DNA of 64,000 bases, taken from NCBI GenBank assembly GCA_964016885.1, contig OZ024747.1, positions 44,888,001-44,952,000 of the forward strand, written 5' to 3'. Below the pieces are notes generated by a model. That model ran no database searches. It was given only the letters and a program-made list of their open reading frames with translations, and was not told the origin of the DNA. This DNA comes from Eledone cirrhosa. Lineage: Eukaryota. Positions 54,237-64,000 of this stretch are shown in pieces (the first letter of the stretch is position 1; each line of letters opens with the position of its first letter). The position numbers were made by a program, and so were the translations under genes.

Positions 54237-54805
54237 GGAAGGAAAGGAACATTTCTTTTGGTTTAGTATTTACTAAAAGAAAAAAAAAATCACTAGAAAG
54301 TTAAGAATCAATGAGAAGCCATTTTAAGAGAAAACCGGTTTTCTAAAGAACAGAAAATTTTGTTCCTTGATGTTGATGAGAATGGATTAAGCTCATCTGA
54401 GGTGAGAAGTGGGTAGCAGGTGGGACATACATTTACAAACAGCAATAGTAATAAGAACAACAACAGTATCAACAACAACAAAAACAACAACAACAACAAC
54501 AGAAAAAGCAACAACAACAACAAAAGCATAGAAATGTTAATAGCACCCCCACTGTGATTGTTTATAAACTTTAAATATTGAAGATCACATTTCAAAAATA
54601 AAAAGTGAGAGGAGGAAACGAATTGTCATTTTGAGAATTATAATTGTTGTCACTATGGACATAGTTTTAATGATTAATGTAAACTATTAACTAGGAACCA
54701 TCATCATTATCATTACCATCATTATAGCCAACTTCCTCATCCTTTTCATCATCGTCACCATATTAATTGTCACCACAATCGCCAATAGCATCATTGTCAG
54801 TATTA

Positions 54806-54994
54806 TTGTTTCTACTTTTGGCACAAGGCCAGCAATTAAACCAGTGCATTACTGGTACTTTATTTTATCGACCCCCGTAAGGATGAAAGGCAAAGTTAAC
54901 CTCGGCGGGATTTGAACTCAGACCGTAAAGAGACGTAACCATGCTGGAAAGCATGGCGTCAAACCCTCTACCGATACTGCCAATTCACCGCCCT
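54806..54994 (-). mobile_element. tRNA-derived Nin-like SINE
   Basis: Full-length reverse complement copy. Confidence 0.88.
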
Positions 54995-55286
54995 TTGTCA
55001 ATATTATTGACATTAAAATCATTATCATCAAACCATCCTCTTCTTCAAATTCATCTGCCAGCTTAATCATTTTCCTTGATGTTGTCTGCCACCTAATTCA
55101 CACCACCATCACTATTTTTCTACCTATACGTTCTGTACAATTCTGCTAGATGTTTGATAGGTGTGTTAAACAGTAATTGTTTGCATATTTTGAATCTATT
55201 TCATTGTATCCTCTTTAACCTCCTACACCTACTTACACCTAGCCCCAAGGTTTACAACATTGTATGTATATATATGTATGTATGTA

Positions 55287-55683
55287 TCTCTTTCTCTTAA
55301 TTTCAAATACATTTCTGACTGGCCATCTTCCTGGTGGGAAGGTTATTAAAGAAAAGAAATTGTCATCCCTTGAATTGCAAGAACGTTTTGCAACTTTTGA
55401 AGGTGCCAGCTATCGCAGCCATTTGTAGTCTACAAATTAGGGAGCTGTGCTCTTTGTCCACAAATTCAAGTTCAGTCATACTTTGGTCCAAGCAGACTGG
55501 TATATAACCTGTAGCTACATTAATGATGGATATAAAGCTGAAGATATATCTTGGATAATGGATCTGCAAACTCCTCCTCAATGGTTCATAAATGTCCTCC
55601 TCCTCCTGTACTTTTCTTACAATGTTGACATCAAGTGGGCAGCTGATCTCTACAACAGAGCACGTTTTAAATGTGTGATCCCA
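55287..55683 (-). mobile_element. 3' fragment of an RLE-type non-LTR retrotransposon in (TACA)n
   Basis: VVEISCPLDVNI..EEEDIYEPL..LQMAAIAGTFKSCK; short 3' UTR; (TACA)n on both sides. Confidence 0.75.
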
Positions 55684-55789
55684 AATGTATGTATGTACAT
55701 ATATATGTGTGGTCTCATATATATGTATGTATGTATGTACATATGTATAAAAATAAATCTGCAAGTCAATTTCTGGTCTTAAAAAGATG

Positions 55790-55983
55790 ATATTCCACAA
55801 ACTGACCCAATCAATCCACTAGAAGACACATCTTTTTTTTGTCACATTTGCTGCAGACTATGTAAATATAAAGCTGGACTTAAAGGCAACCTGACAAGTC
55901 ATGAATGGACGTTTGGAGATGGTGACTGTTGATGGAGGTGCATTGAGAGATGGCAATCATCTGCAAAGATGAAGCAATCACCA
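55790..55983 (+). mobile_element. RTE-like 3' end
   Basis: CHICCRLCKYKAGLKGNLTSH zinc-finger-like terminus followed by a (TATG)n tail. Confidence 0.5.
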
Positions 55984-56155
55984 TGTATGCATGTATGTAT
56001 ATATATATGTACGTATGTATATATTTATGTATGCCTGGCTGTCTGCATACAGTTATGAATGTATATATGTATGTATGTATGCATGTATGTATGTTTGTAT
56101 GTATGTATGTATGTATGTTTGTATGTATGTATGTATGTATGTATGTATGTATGTT

Positions 56156-56482
56156 ATCTCTTTCTCTTAATTTCGAGTATATTTTTTTGACCGACCACCT
56201 TCCTGGTGGCAAGGTTGTAAAAGAATAGAAATTGTCATCCCTTGAATTGCAAGAATGTTTTGCAAATTTTGAAGGTGCCAGCTATCGCAGCCATTTGTAG
56301 ACTATGAATTAGGGAGCTGCGCTCTTTGTCCGCAAATCCAAGTTCAGTCATACTTTGGTCCAAACGGGTTGGTATATAACCCGTAACTCCAATAATGATG
56401 GGTATGAAGCTAAAGGTGTATCTTGGATACTGGATTTGCAAACTCCTCTTCAATGGTCCGTAGATGTCCTCCTTCTCCTGCA
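56156..56482 (-). mobile_element. Second, shorter copy of the (TACA)n-associated RLE element
   Basis: QEKEDIYGPL..FIPIIIGVTG..LQMAAIAGTFKICK; collinear with 55287-55610. Confidence 0.8.
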
Positions 56483-56507
56483 TGTATGTATGTATGTATG
56501 TATGTAT

Positions 56508-57081
56508 CCCAGTACAACCTGTCCCATGGTCGGGTCGTTGGCGACTAAACTGGTAACCCCACCAAGGTTTCTTGGTGAGGAGGGTGACTTTGGACATCCT
56601 GCAGGACTAAAAACAAAACCTGTCAAAGGGCAAAGGAGCTCTTAAGAGTTAATGGCCATCCAAAATCACCGGGAGAGATGACCCCTTAGGCTTTGTCAAG
56701 GCAGAATTCTAGGAGAAAGAAAATTCTGATATAACACCTGCAACCCTGACGGTATCCAATGATGTTGACTTGTTCTTCTTTTTGGTATATATCATCTTCG
56801 TTAAGAGAGTGGGACTGGCTTTGTGCAGTGCCTTTGCTCACTATAAAAGCTTCATGGCACAGGCATTGCTTTATATCTGGAGATCTCTCTGCACTTGTCG
56901 TCACATGGTACCATGGGCCCAGCACTATGTGTCAGTAATTGTCACAAGTGTAGTGTTTGTACCAGAGTTTTCAAGTCACTGGCTGGACTAAAAAGTCACA
57001 CTCGTTCAGTGCATCGGTAGGGGTTCTCCTACGTGGATATAAAGTAGTGGCCATACTCGAAAACGAGTTGGCAGCCATCAT
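56508..57081 (+). mobile_element. Internally deleted (bipartite) non-autonomous RTE-like element
   Basis: RTE 5' UTR-like motif TCTAGGAGAAAGAAAATTCTGA near 56708; C2H2 end CSVCTRVFKSLAGLKSHTRSVH; (TATG)n flanks. Confidence 0.55.
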
Positions 57082-59416
57082 GTATGTATGTTTGTATGTA
57101 TGTACCTGTAACTCTTTATAGAATTGCAGGGAAACCATACAACATGTCTTGGGCCCATTAAACTCCTCTCTGAGTTGGAACACAGTCAATTTCTTAGAAA
57201 GGGAAGGAGAGTGAGAATGAGAAATTGAGAGAGAGAGGAAGTGAGAAAGAATCAACTCAATTACTGATCTGATATTATATTTATTGACCTTGAAAAGATG
57301 AAAGACAAAGTTGATATCAGCAGGATTTGAACTTAGATCCTAAAGTATTCACTCCAGTATTCTAACAACTCTGTTAATTCACTGCAATTACTTGTTCTTC
57401 ACGGCATAGGGTTACGCTCCTTTACGTTCTGAGTTCAAATCTTGCTGAGGTTAGCTTTGCCTTTCATCCTTATGGGATTAATGAAATAAAGAACCAATAA
57501 GGTACTGGGGTCGATTTAATTGATTTTAACCTCTCACCAAATTGCTGGCCTTGTGCCTATAATAGAAATCATTACTTATTCTTAGGACCAGGTGCAGTTT
57601 TATGTGGTTTGGTATCAAAAGGATTGTTATTGGTTTTGTGATTTTTTGGAAAATCACAGAAAAAGTTCCATAACAAATTAAGATTGGTAACCAGTACTCT
57701 TGAATTAGCTGGTTAAAAATCTCTAACCACAAAATACAGCTAACTAAAAATATGAAATTTGACATGATTTTTGTCCTAGATCGAACTTGTTTGTAACTTT
57801 GATCTCGCATTAATGAAACATCTTTACCCTTTGACATCACTACCACAACCACTGCTGTTGCCCCACCATCATCATCAGTTCTACCACTACAACTGTTGCC
57901 ACTGCCACTATTATCACCACAACACTAATGAAGGCACCTCTACCTGGTTGCCCAGCATGCTAGTCATAACAGTAAAAACTGCTTCAAATATTACTGGATA
58001 TCTTTAAAAAATTGAATCATCCAGAGTTGAACTTCTGATACATTAAAATGAATTATATATTATACACCAAGATGGTCAATTTGGCTGAGGCAATAAAGCA
58101 TTGGCTATTTTTTCTGGCTTTCTGTGTTCTGAGTTCAACTCTTGCTGCAGTCCACTTTGCCCTTCTTTTTTTTTGGTGGTGGTGGTGGTGGGGGGGGGGG
58201 GGGTCAATAATGAAAGTACCAGTCCAATGCTGGTGAAGCCCTCTCTTCTTACAGCTGTCATATCCTGAATGTACATCTGGATCAAGAGAGGAAGGCCTGA
58301 GAAGGTGTCTGCATCTGTGCCCTTAAAAACCCTTAATGAAAACATGGTACACATGTAATACTCGGTTGTGAGTGACAGCCATAGGTAGATATTATAAGTT
58401 TATGTTTCAACCAGTAATAACTTAGGAGAAGGGTTTGAACACTGAAGGGCTGGCTTAAAGCACTGAATACTCTGACACAAGTAAGTACTGTATACAACTA
58501 TAAACAATTTTGGTTGACTTAGATGCCTAACATCCCTCACTTGCAATAACTTCTTCATATTCTTACTGTGTGTATCCCACTATTTATTGGTCTTAAAGGG
58601 ATGAAAGGTAAAGTTGACAGCAGGATTTGAACACTAATAGACAATAACAGGGATGAGTGATGGGGAGAGGGACTGATGGATGTCAATACAAAGTGGCCTG
58701 GGGAGAGGGAGTGATGGTTAGCAACAAAGAGAGGGTGTAAGGTATTTGGATATGAAATAAATCTGATGTAATGCTTCATACTTAACTGTTATGATGGGGA
58801 GAGAGAAGCAGAGTGATAAAGTTGATGGCAAGGGGATGCAAATTGAATATAGCGAGCTTTAATGACATCCCTAATTGCTTTATTTTTTTGAAAATTTTTC
58901 AAAAAAATTCTACTAATTCACCTATTCCTGACAACTAAATCTCTGCACTGTATTGGAATTTACAACTCTAGAATTGCTGTTTGAAGAATATATATCACCC
59001 ACTTGGTTATATTTTATTCTTGCCCTCCTCGCCTAGCTTTTAAAGAGAAACTAAGTGACCTCCCCCCATAAAATAAAACAGCAAAATAAATTAAAAAATA
59101 ACCACATTTGATTTCAAAACTCAGCTTCAAACTAATACTGCAGTTTTCTTCATTAACAACGAGATAATTGCAATGTCAAAGTCATTAACTAAATAAGTAT
59201 TTGCTTGCTAGGGGTTTTATTAGTATTTTATGACCAATTCTAATTGATATTGGCAGTGAATTGTTTTGGTACTGAAAACCGTTTTTATTTTTATTTTTAG
59301 TAAATATCTTTATTTCTTTTATTCCTTTATATTTTTATTTTTTGGCTAACCTATACTGCTCAATGCTTCAAGGTGTGTGTAAGTAGGTATGCATATATAT
59401 AATTGTATATAAATGT

Positions 59417-59461
<45 letters not shown>

Positions 59462-59481
59462 GACTTTCACTCAATACATTC

Positions 59482-59679
<198 letters not shown>

Positions 59680-60173
59680 ATATATATATAAACACATGCA
59701 TATATAAGTATGTATGTATATCTTATTTTATCTTTTACAACTTAAACATCAGTTACCTTCTCATTCTCAAGTGTATGTTTGTATGTGCAAATAATTTACA
59801 CATAAAACATACACTCGCTTTCTCTATTATGGTTTTATGTTTATATGTATTTGTAAATATATATATATGTATATCTGAGTACGCATATATGTACATGTAT
59901 TTATATGTCATGTGCCAAAGACATGACAACCTCCCAAGTGTTGGTGCCATGACAAAATACATTCATATATCTAGGAGGTTAGTGAAAACCCATCCAAACC
60001 TTACTAGCAGGGAAAGCAGACGTTAAATGCTAATGCTTTCCCTACTAGTAAGGTTTGGACGAATTTTCACTGACCTCCTAGATATATGAGTGCATTATAT
60101 ATATAGATATGTCCCAAGCCTCTGATACGATCAACACTATAAACACAGAGCTGGCATATCTAAGAACTGACTA

Positions 60174-60229
60174 ACTGCCTGATGAAGTCATAGCCATTCA
60201 ATGGCTATCATCGAAATATATATAGCAGT
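60174..60229 (+). ncRNA. Type I hammerhead ribozyme
   Basis: actgc-CTGATGA-agtc atagccat tca atggctat catc-GAA-ATATATAT-A-gcagt; stem II base is imperfect. Confidence 0.78.
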
Positions 60230-60269
60230 AAATAAAGGATTATGAGTTCATTCAATTGACTTATGTTTC

Positions 60270-60317
<48 letters not shown>

Positions 60318-60393
60318 CAAAGGAAATGTGGTAAGGAACCAGGTGGACCATAACGCACCAAAGTACTCAATACTTGGGGTAGTAGAGTGGGTA

Positions 60394-60504
60394 ATAGGAA
60401 CCAGTAAGACCCCGACGGCTGAGCTCAAGCCGTTTCGACGGCTAATTCTGTCCAGAATTAGCCGTCGAAACGGCTTGAGCTCAGCCGTCGAGGTCTTACT
60501 GGTT

Positions 60505-60509
<5 letters not shown>
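60394..60509. repeat. 57-bp-arm palindrome containing an HHR 3' half
   Basis: Arms 60394-60450 and 60453-60509 with one mismatch; GAA-ACGGCT-tgagctc-AGCCGT-C. Confidence 0.9.
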
Positions 60510-60556
<47 letters not shown>

Positions 60557-61433
60557 AAAGAATAGAGGTGTATATATATTCATTTTCGACAGACATGCAT
60601 ATGCTTATTGTATAATGGAATATATTTATTCACTGATATAAATGTGAATAGACTTTCCCAAGATATTGCTTTTGTTATAGAACTGCTGAGAGTTAAAATT
60701 GACCATTGAAGGTTCAACAATTTTTGTCCTGCCACTGCTCACTGCTTAGTTTCACATCAAACCTTTAGTCCCCCTTTCTTGTAAAATAAACAGAGTCATG
60801 GTAGGCTATGGATGCAGCAGGCATATTTGTGTGGTTAAGAACTTTGTTTTGCAAGAAGATAATTTTTGATGTGATCACACTAGAAAGCATTTCAGGTGCT
60901 TTCTTCTGTAGCACTGGGTTGACTCAATTTAACAATGCAATCAAGCCCTTGGTGGGGTGGAGGCTTTAACAGTGTAGGTAAAGAGCTGTTAACTCCTGAT
61001 GGAGTCATAGGGGCACCATTTTGGCTACAGTATGTCTTTGTCATTTTAAATCTGGCAGAGAGAGAGAGTCAACTCCAAAACTGGTTTTGTACTTTGTTTT
61101 ACCAAGCTTGAAAGGATGAAAGGCAAAGCTGACCTCAGCAGAATTTGAACACAGTGTAAAGGAAGCCAGGACAAATACTAAAGCAGTTTTTATTCCAGTA
61201 TCCTAATAACTCTGCCAATTTGTTGCCTTCATGTTTAGTTGAGAATGTATAGGAAAAAGAGCTGCATGAATAGATAAGATAAATGTGTTGCTTCAAGTTC
61301 CTTTATGATTAAAAATTCACTGTGTCCAGCATGGCCACAGCTCATGGACTAAAACAGGTAAAAAAACAAAAAAGAACAAAGAACAAAAACGAATAACATC
61401 AAATCATTAATGATTTTTTAAATCTTTAAATAA

Positions 61434-61647
61434 TGGTTTCTGATTTAGGCACGAGGCCAACAACTTTTTGTGAGGGGAAATTGATTAAATTGATCCCAGT
61501 GTGTTACTGGTACTTTATTTTATCAATCCCGTAAGGATGAAAGGCAAAGTTAACCTTGATGGGGTTTGAACTCAGAACGTAAAGGGCTGTAACTATATGC
61601 TGTAAAGCATGTTGTCTGATGCTTTACTTATACTGCTGATCCACCAC
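61434..61647 (-). mobile_element. tRNA-derived Nin-like SINE
   Basis: Reverse complement copy, long-tail variant. Confidence 0.8.
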
Positions 61648-61920
61648 ATTTTATCTTTAAATAATAATAGAAGTGGGTTTTATCCCTTATTTATGTAAAG
61701 TAAAGAGTTGAAAATTAAATCCAAGATTAATAATCATATCGCAAAAACACAGCAAATACTCTTCCTTCATAAATAATGAAGTTTGTGAGTTCAATGGTCA
61801 GTTATTGAAACAATAATATTGTAAATAATTCATATATAAGACTGTTGTATGTTCAATCCCCAAAATTGGGAAATAAAGTGTTAAAAATTAAATATGAGAA
61901 TAACCGTCATATTACAAATA

Positions 61921-62110
61921 ATTGTTTCTACGTTAGGCACAAGGCCAGCAATTACCCAGTGTATTACTGGTACTTTATTTTATCGACCCCGTAAGGATGA
62001 AAGGCAAAGTTAACCTCGGCGAGATTTGAACTCAGAATGGCAAGGGCTGTAACTCTGTGCGTCAAAGCATGGCGTCCGACCCTCTACCGATACTGCCAAT
62101 CCACCGCCTT
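61921..62110 (-). mobile_element. tRNA-derived Nin-like SINE
   Basis: Full-length reverse complement copy. Confidence 0.88.
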
Positions 62111-64000
62111 AAGCACCGTCATATTACAAATAATAAATACATAAACATGAAAGATGTAAATTCATCCCCTAGGAAATTGGAAGTATAGTGCTGAAAGTTA
62201 AATATTAGAGAAAGAATTCTGTTGCAATTAATACATAATATAAAGCAAAGAGAGCAGCTTGAATATTTAAAAAGCAGGGATATATTTGAATAATGTTATT
62301 AATCATTCATATCTTTCTAATGAACTAAATACCTTCTGCTTATCTTCTTAGTCATATATCACTATGTGACATCACAAATCTTTAACATCTTTGCCATTTA
62401 TATGATACTACTTAAAAGTTTAGTCTCAGAATATTAAAAGTTTACAAGACTGACCTCAAGAGGGTGAAAGTAGAATCACACTAACAACTCTACTAATCTC
62501 AAGATATGCATGAAAGTTGTGCGTTTTATTTCTAGTTACTGTGTGTATAGAGCTAAAAATTAAATCTATGATTTCTATTCATATGGCTAAAAATGCATAA
62601 AGAGGAAGTTTGTAAGTTCAATTCTGAGTTAAATGTGAAGTATAGGGTTGAAAATTAAGTGAAAAGGAAACTAATACTGCCAATAATACATAAGTTGAAT
62701 TTTACTTGAGTGATGGTAAATTGTAAAAGTAAAACTCCACCATTACAGCTTCTACTGAAAGAATATAAATATTCTTTATTTATGGAGTAACATTTAAATC
62801 TGAATGAAACATAATTCCACAAGCTGTTTATAAGCAGTTATTATGAACTCATGTCTCTTACTATTTAAAAGTACAAAAGTCTTTTATTCAATGCTTAACA
62901 AAAATTAAATATTCTCTTGTGTTTAGAAATAGAAATTTTATGTTTAATTTATAATATAAAACCAAGTGCGAAGTAGTCAATGTGTATATATGTAAAGTTT
63001 GTTAAATATATATAATATAAATGATGAAAATAAACAATTACTTTTATGTTCAACATATATGCAAACATAAAAAGCAAATTGCAACCAATCATAAACTAAA
63101 CATTTGTCTATTTACATTTGAGCATGTAAAAGCAAACAATAGTATCATCTATATAGTTAGATACTGGAAAAAATCGAATATTTAATGACAATGAAAATAT
63201 GTGGCAATTTGTGATTATGTGTGAGTTCTGTAACATTAAAAAACGGTAGTTTTACTTTTGTAACATTGTGGAGTTAGCTATTTCTAACACTTTGAGAGCA
63301 CACAATAATTAAAGAAATAAAATAAAGACAGTATGGATATGGGCGAAAGTTTAGCAAGTAACGAAAGAAATTTTGTCACCTAGAAAAATGTCTGTTTTTC
63401 TAATTCTCAGAAAATGTCTCTGCAGTCAGTGTATTATTTTAGATATTGTCTTAGAGATGCTGGGTGATATTGAATCTTGGTTTAAGGTTCCAACCTGTAA
63501 GTCAGAATGAATCAGTTCTCAAAAGAACTAAATAAACAGTCATATTCCTACATTGGCTGACAAGAACTGGAAAAGCATTCAACTCATCTTAATCAGTAAA
63601 GTTCTTAGAAAAACTTGTGTATTTGTATATCAGCTGGCAGGACCAGTTCTAACAAAACCTGGATGTGCAAATTGCAGTCAAAGATTGGAGATATGAAATT
63701 GGTAAACATAGGTTCTGGTGAAAAATATTTTGTTCTTATAACATAACGGGATTGAATGTGAGACACTGAATGAAAACTTTGTGGTAGTTTGGCTATTGTT
63801 GACTAGTCCAAATTTGCCACAGGAGTGTGTTTCAAAAACTGTCAATCTGGTCTAAGAAAATTTGATGTCACAACTAATGAAATTCAAATTTAAAACATAG
63901 ATAATAGACTGATAGTGTTGGGGCCGAGGCGTTTTTCACAAAGAAGAAAGTTTAATCCTTAGTGAACTAAGAAGGAGAGGGTTAAAAACTAAATATGTGA

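Noticed and set aside
58240-58312. Possible exon after CTCTCTTCTTACAG
   Set aside because: Weak donor, short, and no recognisable peptide

Overview
AT-rich, repeat-dense animal genomic DNA, probably from an octopus or other coleoid cephalopod (inferred from the tRNA-derived SINE families and RTE tails). No prokaryote-style genes, CRISPR array, rRNA or true tRNA genes were found, and most long ORFs are repeat artefacts. The window holds a 4.9-kb 25-bp minisatellite, R4/Dong-like RLE retrotransposons stacked in (TAA)n, a 5'-truncated Neptune-type Penelope-like element (PLE; RT plus GIY-YIG), decayed RTE LINEs, SINEs, Helitron ends and MITEs. Main finding: a dense set of non-coding elements inserted in (TA)n that carry type I hammerhead ribozyme (HHR) motifs with palindromic stem III. 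These include a young 595-bp tandem, partly inverted array with five HHRs that use the rare U3:A8 core (UUGAUAA), and a 484-bp partial-tandem element with a canonical HHR. Both are retrozyme-like and should give unit-length, possibly circular, RNAs. Several fold-back pseudo-LTR (pLTR) remnants also occur, and the PLE's inverted terminal copy starts at its own predicted cleavage site. Second finding: the minisatellite appears to have expanded inside a coding exon and could be removed in frame as a GT-AG intron, giving a 3-exon, 151-aa gene model. All structures were read by eye and none has been computed or tested.
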